The translations under genes and the position numbers were made by a program. DNA of 64,000 bases from a virus. Below are positions 48,873 through 58,096 of the stretch, piece by piece. The notes beneath the pieces were generated by a model. It was not told the DNA's origin, made no database searches, and saw only the letters and a list, made by a program, of their open reading frames with translations. Numbering within the stretch: the first letter of the stretch is position 1; the number at the start of each line of letters is the position of its first letter. The stretch is from IMG/VR virus record IMGVR_UViG_3300028584_001237. One strand, given 5' to 3'.

Positions 48873-49424
48873 TTATGTGTTTTGAGTGCGAACTATAACA
48901 ATATTATCGTCTTTTGTAAAGGTTTCATACGAAATATTGTCTTCGACTTCAAATTTAATTTCATAACAATCTGGATTAATCCCTCGATCAATGTGTTCTT
49001 CTGAGATGTTCAACGTCCGTTTGTCACTAAAGGTTTGAATCAACCGGCTGAATACAAAACCTTCTGCACTTGTCACAAGGAAAATCATCATAATATCAGA
49101 AAAATTAAGAACAGGCTGCTTATCAATAGTATGAGCGGCAAACATCAGTAAGCCAGCACCAACAGAAAAAAACAAAGCCCACACAATAAATTGGAATAGG
49201 TTCGATTTTCTTTCTTCTTCAATATACTTTTTAGCGGCAACACTACCCAAAATAATGGTTTTACCATAACGAATGGTTTTAAAGAGATCCAAATTTAGAA
49301 GAAATGCTTGGTGGAGATATTCCTTTTCTATCATGGTGGGCAATGAGGAATTCATGTATGCAAATAGTCCTGATTTACTCACACGATCATAGACATGGGT
49401 TGTTTCAGTATTTTTCTTAGTCAT
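48873..49424 (-). CDS. membrane protein (2 TM)
   Basis: two hydrophobic segments. Confidence 0.75.
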   Translation of the reverse strand: MTKKNTETTHVYDRVSKSGLFAYMNSSLPTMIEKEYLHQAFLLNLDLFKTIRYGKTIILGSVAAKKYIEEERKSNLFQFIVWALFFSVGAGLLMFAAHTIDKQPVLNFSDIMMIFLVTSAEGFVFSRLIQTFSDKRTLNISEEHIDRGINPDCYEIKFEVEDNISYETFTKDDNIVIVRTQNT

Positions 49425-49436
49425 GATTAAAAAGTC

Positions 49437-49826
49437 CTATATTAGTTCGAATTTTTTATTCGATTTATAGATTTCTAGACGGCGATAAAGGTCTTCTGTG
49501 TTATAGCAAACCGTGTTATACAATTTTTTCTGTTGTTTGCTCGCTAGCTTAGCTTTGACAATAGCATGCAACGCATTAATTTGCTGTGCTGAAAGAGCTG
49601 GAGCGTCCAAAAGACTAAATTTGTATTTAAACATTGCAAGATCGTAAGTGAACGCCAAGCCACGAATTTCAAACCAGCATTCGTTCCCACGTTTAAATAT
49701 ACCATCACGGTTTACAATAGGTTCAATTTGAAGATAACGACCAGTGCGTTTACCATCTTCGACAAGCTCTTCAAGCATGTCTTCATCTTCCATGTAAAAT
49801 TCCAAGTTAATTCGTGTAATATTCAC
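49437..49826 (-). CDS. hypothetical protein
   Basis: 129 aa. Confidence 0.75.
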   Translation of the reverse strand: MNITRINLEFYMEDEDMLEELVEDGKRTGRYLQIEPIVNRDGIFKRGNECWFEIRGLAFTYDLAMFKYKFSLLDAPALSAQQINALHAIVKAKLASKQQKKLYNTVCYNTEDLYRRLEIYKSNKKFELI

Positions 49827-49828
49827 GA

Positions 49829-50146
49829 TTAATCACTCTCTGGTTTATTAAAGGATTCTTTGACAAGGTTCATGCCAAAAATAACAGATTGGTTAATTAC
49901 CTTAAATTCTTCGGCTACATCCAGATCACTCAAACTCAAAAACTTCTGACGAATGTATTTATAAACTGGATATTGTGAAAAACCATTCTCACGGCGAATA
50001 AAAAAGGAAGCCTTGTAAGCCTCAACTTTAAATTCACCAAAATAATCCTGCTCGTTCAGTCTTCCAGACATATCAAAGAAGCGAACTTCAAGCTCATCCA
50101 AGAAGGGCTTTACAATAGCGATTTGTTCTGGTGTCAGTTCGTTCAT
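49829..50146 (-). CDS. hypothetical protein
   Basis: 105 aa, AGGTG SD. Confidence 0.8.
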   Translation of the reverse strand: MNELTPEQIAIVKPFLDELEVRFFDMSGRLNEQDYFGEFKVEAYKASFFIRRENGFSQYPVYKYIRQKFLSLSDLDVAEEFKVINQSVIFGMNLVKESFNKPESD

Positions 50147-50241
50147 TTGGTCACCTATAAAAAATTAAGGCTCACAGAGCCGTTGCGATGGTTGATTATA
50201 CCTTAATTTAAATGCTTGCACAAGCTAAGTTTAAATTATGA

Positions 50242-50727
50242 TTACTGGTTAAGGAATTCAACTTCAACATACTTATGAAAGTCAAAAAATTCAGGCTTGC
50301 TAGCTCCAACCTCCTGCAGCTTTGCAATCGTATCGAGGTAATGCTGATATTTTTGCTGCTTATCATCTGACATGAAAGGCATTGAATACAAAGATTTCCT
50401 CAGATTAAGCTTCTGAGCTTTAACCAGACGACTATTGAGGCCATCATAGAGTGCCGTATTCACTTTGAAAGCAAACTCCAATGCGGATTCTAGCCTGTTG
50501 AAATCAAAACGACTTTTAGAACGGCCTTTAAATAGACATTCGCTGATAATAAATCCATAGTCCAAACGAGTATCAATAACTCGACTGGAAATGCCCATTG
50601 ATGGCACGAAAGAATGAAAGTCAGCCAAAAGCTCATTAGGCTTCACAATCTCTCGGAATTGACGCAATTCGAAATCTTTCTGATCAAAATTTTGAACAAT
50701 CGTGTAATAGGTTTTATTTTTCATCAA
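50242..50727 (-). CDS. hypothetical protein
   Basis: 161 aa, own promoter. Confidence 0.8.
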   Translation of the reverse strand: MMKNKTYYTIVQNFDQKDFELRQFREIVKPNELLADFHSFVPSMGISSRVIDTRLDYGFIISECLFKGRSKSRFDFNRLESALEFAFKVNTALYDGLNSRLVKAQKLNLRKSLYSMPFMSDDKQQKYQHYLDTIAKLQEVGASKPEFFDFHKYVEVEFLNQ

Positions 50728-50896
50728 AAATCACCCTTGAGATAATAGACCTAGATTATATCAAATATTCGAATTTTCGTCAAGAAATAGAGGAACATAG
50801 TGCCAACATGAAATAATTATAGCATTAACAATTATTGTGATTAATAGTTTTTTCTGCTATAATTTGGTTGGAAGATTTTCTATTGAGGATTGAAAA

Positions 50897-51286
50897 ATGA
50901 TTGAACAACTTAGAGCAGAAATTAGAGAACTTGAAATGACAATTGAGAATAAAAAAGACAAACTCAAAAAGTTGATGGAAGATGCTTTGTTTGAAAATAA
51001 TAAAGTTATTGGTTTTGCGGAAATGCAAGATCAATTTTCAGGTATTACAGATATTGAATTGATAGATGACAATGAAACGGCTATTAAAGCCTTTCAAGAC
51101 AAGTATCTGGACAATTTAATGTACGGTTACCAAGTTCATGTTTTTAGAGTATCCGATGTAGAACAATTAAAAGAAGACTTTAAATATTTAAAATCAATGC
51201 TAGCGGGTGGTCATTATGGACAAGATTCATTGTTTGAATGGATGGAAGAAAATAATGATAAATTAATTGAAGGTCATACAAAATAA
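50897..51286 (+). CDS. acidic hypothetical protein
   Basis: 129 aa, GAGG SD. Confidence 0.8.
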   Translation: MIEQLRAEIRELEMTIENKKDKLKKLMEDALFENNKVIGFAEMQDQFSGITDIELIDDNETAIKAFQDKYLDNLMYGYQVHVFRVSDVEQLKEDFKYLKSMLAGGHYGQDSLFEWMEENNDKLIEGHTK

Positions 51287-51353
51287 TTCAATCAAATTGA
51301 CTGCAAGCACACAATACAGAATGTTTGAGAAAATGTTCTGTATTTTTTTAGGC

Positions 51354-51376
51354 AAAAAAAAACCTCTTGCGAGGTT
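51354..51376 (-). terminator. terminator of tRNA-Gly transcript (AACCTC-GCAA-GAGGTT-U8)
   Basis: hairpin with GNRA loop and U-tract. Confidence 0.85.
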
Positions 51377-51405
51377 CATTCTATTTGAATATTTCTTTTT
51401 TTAAG

Positions 51406-51477
51406 GTGGGCCTATCCTAGCACCACAGCTTATCAACAGGCTTTCTTTATTTTATATGGGCATACCTTAGCACCATA
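51406..51477 (-). ncRNA. candidate tandem twin-hairpin RNA in tRNA-Gly trailer
   Basis: TATGGTGCTAAGGTATGCCCATA and GTGGTGCTAGGATAGGCCCAC; same fold, one compensatory pair. Confidence 0.4.
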
Positions 51478-51488
51478 ACTTTCAAATC

Positions 51489-51562
51489 TGGAGCGGAATA
51501 CGAGAATCGAACTCGTGTAGCCAGCTTGGAAGGCTGGAGCACAACCATTATGCCAATTCCGC
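51489..51562 (-). tRNA. trnG: tRNA-Gly (TCC)
   Basis: cloverleaf GCGGAAT..CCAGC-CTTCCAA-GCTGG..GTTCGATTC..TCCA; CCA encoded. Confidence 0.97.
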
Positions 51563-51647
51563 AAATGTTCAGCAGTAATTTTTACATTATATGTGAAAAA
51601 ATCAACATACTCCAATGAGGAAACCCGCCGAGGGCTTTAATACAGTA

Positions 51648-51676
51648 ATCATATCAATATTAAATCATTTCGTCAA
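51648..51676 (-). promoter_or_regulatory. promoter TTGACG-N17-TATGAT for tRNA-Gly unit
   Basis: read directly. Confidence 0.8.
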
Positions 51677-51699
51677 TTACTTTTTGAAAATAATCTCAA

Positions 51700-51897
51700 A
51701 ATTAAAGATAGCTAATTCTGACTTCAAAGTGACCTTCTTCTTTTTCTTGAACATCATCAATGTAAATAATACTTGAATCAATATGTTCTATTAATAAAAA
51801 AATCAATAATTTGTTCTTCTTCTAATTGATGTTGAACGACCTGATCATTAATTAATCCATCAATAGCCTGTGCAATAAATTCCAACTCGGCCAGAAT
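51700..51897 (-). pseudogene. possible frameshifted small acidic gene (break at T7 run 51796-51802)
   Basis: two protein-like frames join if one T is removed; no ATG start. Confidence 0.25.
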
Positions 51898-51917
51898 AGA
51901 GTTCTCCAAAAAATTAT

Positions 51918-52412
51918 TTAAAAAAGACTGACAATAAGAGAGTAATCTTGGTTGTCAGAAGAAAGTTTAATATCATTAATACAAACAATTTTATCTGGAA
52001 ACATGTTCTTAAGGAGATCGTTGGAACAAGTCCAAATTTCTCCCCAATTTAAATTACGCTCAAGATACATGGTATGATTATTGAGTTTAAGAGTTCGAAC
52101 AAATCCGAAAGGTTTATCCATTGATTGATCTTTTCGATCTGGAAATTCAACAGATACTAGATCTTGAATTGAAAGATATGTTGTCAAATCACGCCGTTCA
52201 CGAAAATCATCAAAGTTAGTATTCCGACTCATCAAAGCTAATTGTTGATTATGCTTATGCTTGTCAAACAGTGTAATGACTGCCTTAGAAAGAACATCGA
52301 AATCCTTTACAACATTGTCATTCATGTAAACAAGTTGCTCACGAATACGATCAATAACTTGACTAGCTTCTTCAAGTTCTTTAAGTTTTTCTTGTGTCAC
52401 TTCAATAGACAT
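51918..52412 (-). CDS. hypothetical protein, paralog of 52477..52941
   Basis: VTQE.L..L...M...V...F..L..AV..LF..H shared. Confidence 0.8.
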   Translation of the reverse strand: MSIEVTQEKLKELEEASQVIDRIREQLVYMNDNVVKDFDVLSKAVITLFDKHKHNQQLALMSRNTNFDDFRERRDLTTYLSIQDLVSVEFPDRKDQSMDKPFGFVRTLKLNNHTMYLERNLNWGEIWTCSNDLLKNMFPDKIVCINDIKLSSDNQDYSLIVSLF

Positions 52413-52476
52413 ATTAAACCCTTTTAATGAATTAACCACCTTAGATGAAATAAGGTGGTCATGGATAGAGATTAAA

Positions 52477-52941
52477 TTAACTGCCAGTCACCAGTGTGTG
52501 AACAATATCACCAGTTTTCTTATGGAAGTTCTCAACAAAAATATGATGGAAGTCACCAGATTGCTTGATAAGACGGTCAGCAATAGCCCAAAGTTGCAGC
52601 CAAGTGACTTCTGTGCCAACCAGTTCAGTATTACCTTCGTATTCCACAGCTTCGACATAGCCAAATACCGCATTCATATCAGAGACTTCTGACATAGACC
52701 AAATAGATTGGAAGCCATGTTCTTCCTGAATCTTATCCAGCACCTCAGATTTCAAACTGTAAGCCTTATCTTCTTCTTCTCGATGGGCTTTAAAGAGATC
52801 CTTAACCGCACCATAAAGCTCAGCAAACTCAGCTTTTACTTGTGGAGACATATGTTCCAATTTAGCCTCCAAAGAATGAAACTTATATTGAAGGTTCATC
52901 AGCTTTTCCAAACCTTCCTGAGTTACTTTGATCTCGCTCAT
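52477..52941 (-). CDS. hypothetical protein, paralog of 51918..52412
   Basis: as above. Confidence 0.85.
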   Translation of the reverse strand: MSEIKVTQEGLEKLMNLQYKFHSLEAKLEHMSPQVKAEFAELYGAVKDLFKAHREEEDKAYSLKSEVLDKIQEEHGFQSIWSMSEVSDMNAVFGYVEAVEYEGNTELVGTEVTWLQLWAIADRLIKQSGDFHHIFVENFHKKTGDIVHTLVTGS

Positions 52942-53032
52942 AATAATTCCTACCTATAAATGAATATGGCCCTATTATACCAAAAATAAGGTCATTATAC
53001 AAGATTAAACTGAATTATAGATTCCAGTTTAA

Positions 53033-53392
53033 TCAAAAATTGATGTTTTCGGCCACTTTGATAACCAATGCCAATTCTTCACTGGTCAATGTGTTTTCAA
53101 TATTCACAATTTCATCATAACTGAACTGAAAATAACGTGGAACTAATTGACCAATAAAGAAACCATCCAGAATACGGTTATTCGCCACTACGTTAACAAA
53201 GGTAACAGTGCCACTGTCACCGATAGCCATACTATGAATGCGGAATGGATCATCCCCATAGAAATATTCATGTCTCTGGACATCATGAAAGACTTCCATG
53301 AACATGAAACCATCTTTAAAATATTGGTCAATTTGAACACCATCTTCATCGACATCATGTGTAATGGTATCAGCATCAGTTTTTAGCAGCAT
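53033..53392 (-). CDS. hypothetical protein
   Basis: 119 aa. Confidence 0.75.
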   Translation of the reverse strand: MLLKTDADTITHDVDEDGVQIDQYFKDGFMFMEVFHDVQRHEYFYGDDPFRIHSMAIGDSGTVTFVNVVANNRILDGFFIGQLVPRYFQFSYDEIVNIENTLTSEELALVIKVAENINF

Positions 53393-53424
53393 GGTTAATT
53401 ACCTTTAAGTTGAAAAAATATTTG

Positions 53425-53616
53425 TTAGACCATCTCGATTTCGAGACACATCATGAAACAACGCTGAGACAATTTCCCATCATCCCATTGAATGTCAATA
53501 CTGGGATAACGATCTTCTGGATCAAAAATGACAACCGTACCTTGCTGGGTTTTTGCTTTGTTCCATACTCGTTGATGGAGAATAGTCTCATCTTCCGGGT
53601 GTTCTTTTAATAACAT
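53425..53616 (-). CDS. small SH3-like hypothetical protein
   Basis: 63 aa, GTVV.FD...I.WDDG. Confidence 0.7.
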   Translation of the reverse strand: MLLKEHPEDETILHQRVWNKAKTQQGTVVIFDPEDRYPSIDIQWDDGKLSQRCFMMCLEIEMV

Positions 53617-53644
53617 GGAGTTAAAACCTCTAAATTCATGCTAA

Positions 53645-53699
53645 ACTATAACACATTTAAAAGAAAAAAACAACACAAAAAGGCCATCGAAATGGCCTT
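53645..53699 (-). promoter_or_regulatory. terminator-promoter cassette (TTGTTT-N17-TATAGT)
   Basis: read directly. Confidence 0.8.
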
Positions 53700-53717
53700 G
53701 ATGATTTTATGACGAAA

Positions 53718-54245
53718 TTAAACTCTAACGTGATTATCCAGCAATTCAGCCAACAAAACGTTCATGAAGTTTTCAAATTTTACTGATTCATCAAAGGCTT
53801 CTGCTTTTGTTTCAAAAAAACGATTGAATACAGAAATACCATGACTAAAACCAGCCGCTTCTGTGTCAAGAAAGACTGGAACAAAACGAACATACGGCAA
53901 TAATCGAACTCCATTGACATCATCATCATGAGCATCCCAATAAACGCTCGTCCAACGGCGAGTTTCATAGTCATCAGAAACAGTAACGACAGGCTCTGTG
54001 AAGTGCTTCGTGCGTAAAAATTCTGGTTCTTCTTTCATGTAATAATGAAGATCGGCCATGAACTCAGTGAAAAAATGCTGCAGAGCAGCAATAAAGTTTT
54101 CAGCTTCTTCCGGCTTGAAAGTTTCACCACCAAGTAGCACACCATCTGGAAAATCTGTTTTCGAAATATCAACAAAATCAGGAGCCAAATAGATAGTCGC
54201 CTTACCATTTTTAAAACTAGATTTTATAAAGTTAAGCGGTGTCAT
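53718..54245 (-). CDS. hypothetical protein
   Basis: 175 aa. Confidence 0.8.
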   Translation of the reverse strand: MTPLNFIKSSFKNGKATIYLAPDFVDISKTDFPDGVLLGGETFKPEEAENFIAALQHFFTEFMADLHYYMKEEPEFLRTKHFTEPVVTVSDDYETRRWTSVYWDAHDDDVNGVRLLPYVRFVPVFLDTEAAGFSHGISVFNRFFETKAEAFDESVKFENFMNVLLAELLDNHVRV

Positions 54246-54315
54246 TGATAGTGCCTCATACAGTTATGATGCTGGATTATAACAGAAATAACACCAAATT
54301 AAAAGATGTTTATGG

Positions 54316-54729
54316 TCAAGGAACGTCTTTTCGTTTAATGACATGTCGATTGAACTTGAAGGTGACACCAACCAAACTTTGATAAAGATGACTGGTACCT
54401 TCGGCGTTTGTTTTTAGCAACGTGATATGTGGATTATGTGGAACATCCTCAACAGCACCATAAGCTTTCAAGACTTTGTTGATATAAGCACTCCACTCAC
54501 ACTCAACAAGCTCTGCAACAAGGAATACACCACCCCGTACAGGCCATTCAGTAACTGCTTTAACTACTGCAGTCTTTGGCTGAAATCCATAAACAGGCAT
54601 TTCAGTAATAATCCCAGACATGTCAATGCATGTGGTCAAATGAAAATCTTCTCTTTGAAAGCCAAGTGAAGTGATCAAATCATTCGATTCTGGGTCAAGA
54701 TAGGCAGCAGCGAAGGCAATGTGTGGCAT
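54316..54729 (-). CDS. acb1: 2H phosphoesterase, anti-CBASS Acb1-like
   Basis: two HxT motifs (FHLTTC, PHITL) with T4 Acb1/57B-like spacing and flanks; ATG 54729 after GGAG. Confidence 0.75.
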   Translation of the reverse strand: MPHIAFAAAYLDPESNDLITSLGFQREDFHLTTCIDMSGIITEMPVYGFQPKTAVVKAVTEWPVRGGVFLVAELVECEWSAYINKVLKAYGAVEDVPHNPHITLLKTNAEGTSHLYQSLVGVTFKFNRHVIKRKDVP

Positions 54730-54754
54730 AAGTTCTCCGTATATGTTTTTTATT

Positions 54755-55102
54755 TTAGAAAAAGACTGAACCAATCACAGTACCAACAAGCAAACAAACA
54801 AAAACTATGCCAGCAATAGCAAGAGTAGAATCGCCATTATCTCGGTAAATAACTTGGATAGTCGGAGCTTCTTTTTTCTCAACTTTAATTTTTTTCATAT
54901 TAGGCAAATGAAATTGTTCTTTGGCGGCATCTACAATCCAATTGTAAGCCGTGGTAAAGTCACCATCTTCCATTTTCCGCATCCAGTTTGACGAACAACC
55001 AGAATGACCATCTAATGTTTCGTTACGTTTCCAATAATGAATACTCAGTCGAAGCACATCACCTTGAACAAACCACTGCGGCGTTATTTTGTTAATATTC
55101 AT
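54755..55102 (-). CDS. protein with C-terminal TM anchor
   Basis: hydrophobic C-terminus. Confidence 0.75.
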   Translation of the reverse strand: MNINKITPQWFVQGDVLRLSIHYWKRNETLDGHSGCSSNWMRKMEDGDFTTAYNWIVDAAKEQFHLPNMKKIKVEKKEAPTIQVIYRDNGDSTLAIAGIVFVCLLVGTVIGSVFF

Positions 55103-55262
55103 CCTTAGTCCTCTAGTTAAACCCTTGGATACCCCTTCCTTCAGGTCGGGGTTGTTTACGGAAAAGTCCTCAATAATTATTGCTTGATAATAACATTAAC
55201 TTGATTTCTAATCAAGTTTTTTAAAGAAATTAAAAAGAAAAACCGCCCGAAGGCGGATATGA

Positions 55263-55610
55263 TTAACACACTTGCTGAATAAGTCGAAGAACAGGCTGAT
55301 CAATAATCTGATATTTGGTCAACAATGGTCTTGCATACTTATTAAAGCTTTCTACTTCTGGACTTCGATTACTCATTTTTGGAATAATGGAGCCTTTTTG
55401 CTCAACCTCAACACCAAGGAAATGTGGGACTGTTGGGTCTTTATCATATTCCATACCAACGTCACGGTGAAAGTTCTGATTATTAGTAAACAAAAAAACG
55501 CCATTGTCTTCTTCATCAATGCCATATAATGAATCGTCTTTGATTTGCATGGCTTGTTCATGTGTAAGTTCAACGGCAAAAATATAAACAGTATTGGCAT
55601 GACGGCTCAT
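55263..55610 (-). CDS. hypothetical protein
   Basis: 115 aa. Confidence 0.8.
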   Translation of the reverse strand: MSRHANTVYIFAVELTHEQAMQIKDDSLYGIDEEDNGVFLFTNNQNFHRDVGMEYDKDPTVPHFLGVEVEQKGSIIPKMSNRSPEVESFNKYARPLLTKYQIIDQPVLRLIQQVC

Positions 55611-55619
55611 GATAGCTCC

Positions 55620-55904
55620 TTAATCGTTATAACTAAACTGCAAAACATTACACACATCAAAAACAATTTTTTGACCTGAAAAATAACCATGATGGTGAGT
55701 ATACCGCAACTGGTTGTTAACTTCACCAGAAAGACTGTTGCCATTGATATTTTCTAGAATAACCCAAAAAGCTTCGCTACCTTGACCATTAATACCGGCT
55801 CCAACTTTTACAAAGTCACCAACTTGTAAATCACCAAGTTCTTCTGCACTGGGTGGATTAGGAATTACATCAATTGCAATATGAAATGGAAGTTTATTAG
55901 TCAT
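55620..55904 (-). CDS. DUF2314-like protein
   Basis: L.VGD.VKV...E.FWV......G.V.N motif; ATG 55904 after GGAG. Confidence 0.55.
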   Translation of the reverse strand: MTNKLPFHIAIDVIPNPPSAEELGDLQVGDFVKVGAGINGQGSEAFWVILENINGNSLSGEVNNQLRYTHHHGYFSGQKIVFDVCNVLQFSYND

Positions 55905-56316
55905 CAATTTCTCCTGAAGATGTTTTTTCTTGTGCGACTTGGGAAAGCGAAGATGCCGTAAGCAACTCAACATACGCTTTTTCAGCATCATCAAGGTTCA
56001 AAAACTTCAAACAGACAACAACTTTGCCAGATAAATTAACGGTAATATCAAAAGAAGGTACAGAATAGCCATTTTCAGATGCATCAACAATAATATTTTC
56101 TTGTACGCCAAAAGCTAATGCTTTCTTTTGAGCCTCTGGCTGAGTTCTACCCATTAAAGTACCGAATCCATTATACAATTCATGAAATGAATTGCTTGTT
56201 GGCTTCGTGATGGCTCTAATCTTATTAGCAATCAAAGCCGTTGTAAGTTGTTTAATCGACAAGGCAGTAATATGCTGATGCTGAATTTCAACCACATGAA
56301 CTAAGGAGATAGGCAT
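55897..56316 (-). CDS. hypothetical protein
   Basis: 139 aa, GAGG SD. Confidence 0.8.
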   Translation of the reverse strand: MPISLVHVVEIQHQHITALSIKQLTTALIANKIRAITKPTSNSFHELYNGFGTLMGRTQPEAQKKALAFGVQENIIVDASENGYSVPSFDITVNLSGKVVVCLKFLNLDDAEKAYVELLTASSLSQVAQEKTSSGEIDD

Positions 56317-56325
56317 AAAGACCTC

Positions 56326-56640
56326 TTATTTAGAAAACAGTTCGTTAAGTTTCAAAGCCAACATCATATCGCCTTCAATGCGAAGTTTGCCGCTCATGAA
56401 AGCCTGCATACCATCCAGAGAACCATCCGAAATCGCAACGAGGGTGGCGGTATCAGTGACAAAAGTAACGTTTGCGTCTTCATTAACACCTTCGGAAGCG
56501 ACACAAGAACCATCTTTAATGGTCAAACAATGAGTTTCAGCGTCAGTGACATTGAACTGGAAGATATAGTCCATGCCTGCAGCGGCCTGTGGATTGAAGT
56601 TGGCTTGAAAGTTTGCAATGGTTTGAGCTACTGTATTCAT
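56326..56640 (-). CDS. SCP2 sterol/lipid-binding domain protein
   Basis: FNP.AAAG.D..FQF; G..DGMQAFM.GKLR.EGDMMLA.KL.ELF, as recalled for Pseudomonas SCP2 proteins. Confidence 0.9.
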   Translation of the reverse strand: MNTVAQTIANFQANFNPQAAAGMDYIFQFNVTDAETHCLTIKDGSCVASEGVNEDANVTFVTDTATLVAISDGSLDGMQAFMSGKLRIEGDMMLALKLNELFSK

Positions 56641-56668
56641 AAATATCCCTTATAGTTAATTGAACAAG

Positions 56669-56721
56669 ACTATAACATAAGGAATTAAAAAAATCAATAA
56701 AAAAGGAGCCGAAGCTCCTTA
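56669..56721 (-). promoter_or_regulatory. terminator-promoter cassette (TTGATT-N17-TATAGT)
   Basis: read directly. Confidence 0.85.
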
Positions 56722-56739
56722 TTTTCTAACCATTATTGA

Positions 56740-57018
56740 TTAGCACTCAACCATTGTGCCGACCATATGGCAAGGGCAAAGACAGAGTGGATAGGTTCTC
56801 TCTGTTTTTTCAGGCAGTTCTTGCCGAGAAAAGACCATTTCCATTTCATTGTCGGTCAGATTGTCAGGATCAACTTTTTGTTGAATTTTAATCATCAAAC
56901 CTTTCGGGCCTTGAAAAACCGTAGTGGTTTCACCAAAAAATTGCTTCAACTTTTCAACACTAAGGTTTTTATCCTCATCAATGTATTTCACAGTCATGGC
57001 ACTGCAACAACCAAACAT
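56740..57018 (-). CDS. Cys-rich putative metal-binding protein
   Basis: N-terminal GCC and C-terminal CLCPCH. Confidence 0.75.
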   Translation of the reverse strand: MFGCCSAMTVKYIDEDKNLSVEKLKQFFGETTTVFQGPKGLMIKIQQKVDPDNLTDNEMEMVFSRQELPEKTERTYPLCLCPCHMVGTMVEC

Positions 57019-57086
57019 AAGAACCTCCTGAACCGAATTTTAGATTAGAAACCAATTATACGATAAAAACTTAAAAATAGCTAGTG

Positions 57087-58001
57087 TTAAATTTGATACA
57101 TTTCAAGACATTTAAATTCATCTATTGTCATGTCACTAATTTGATGATCGCCATACATATCTTTAAACACTGCCTTAAACTGTGAAGTTGGCTTATCTTT
57201 AACCATGTAAAAAACCAAAATTGTCAAAATTCTTTGTATTTCATCATAATCGCTGGTTTTATTACCTTCACAAAATTGAGTTTTACTATTGATACTAAGC
57301 ACACCAGAACAATATTTAACCATGATAAACTCATGACTAGACCAAAAACAATATGTAAAGTCATCATTAAAAATATTGACATCACAATGAAAATTAAGCC
57401 TTTCAGAATAATGTAAAAGATTAAAAATTGAAGGAAATAAGGATTCTTCTGTCTTGATAATCGTTTTATATACTGTGTCTTCTGAGACAATGTAGTCAAT
57501 TCTTAATTGATCATTATAAAAAGTGCTATTATTATGTATTTTAGTTGAAATAGAAAATTTGCGTTCCTTTGAATCCCTATGAGTTGAAGCTGCAAAAAAA
57601 TAGATATTATCGACAAAAACTGCTTTTTGATACTCATTAGAGCAAGGAACTTCTGAATAATAACCAAAGGCATCCAAAACCTTGATTAGACTTGGTTCAT
57701 CAAGATAAGAAAAAATACAGTTATAAAGAATATAACCATGATCGATATTAAAGTGTGTTTTTGGATAATTGCCTTTCTTAAAAGTTTCCAAATAATCACT
57801 TTTAGCAAAAGATTTATCAAGATAACTGTATTTACGTTTACCTTTTTCATCCTCAAAAATGAAATTAATCATGAACTCATGTTCATTGACAATATCAATG
57901 GTAATTGTTTTATTTTCGAAAAAATAAGAATAGCTGAAAACTTCGCCGTAAGTGATCGGCACAGGTTTTGTCTTCAGTTCGTCCAACGAAATAATAGGCA
58001 T
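57087..58001 (-). CDS. C-terminal motif family protein
   Basis: ends MTIDEFKCLEMYQI. Confidence 0.8.
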   Translation of the reverse strand: MPIISLDELKTKPVPITYGEVFSYSYFFENKTITIDIVNEHEFMINFIFEDEKGKRKYSYLDKSFAKSDYLETFKKGNYPKTHFNIDHGYILYNCIFSYLDEPSLIKVLDAFGYYSEVPCSNEYQKAVFVDNIYFFAASTHRDSKERKFSISTKIHNNSTFYNDQLRIDYIVSEDTVYKTIIKTEESLFPSIFNLLHYSERLNFHCDVNIFNDDFTYCFWSSHEFIMVKYCSGVLSINSKTQFCEGNKTSDYDEIQRILTILVFYMVKDKPTSQFKAVFKDMYGDHQISDMTIDEFKCLEMYQI

Positions 58002-58027
58002 TATTTGACTCTCATGAAATTTCGCTA

Positions 58028-58080
58028 ATTATATCATAATCAAGAAAATTTAACAATAAAAAACCGCCCGAAGGCGGCTT
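58028..58080 (-). promoter_or_regulatory. terminator-promoter cassette (TTGTTA-N17-TATAAT)
   Basis: AAAAACCGCCCGAAGGCGG identical to the copy near 55238. Confidence 0.85.
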
Positions 58081-58096
58081 CATAGGGTCAGAAATC

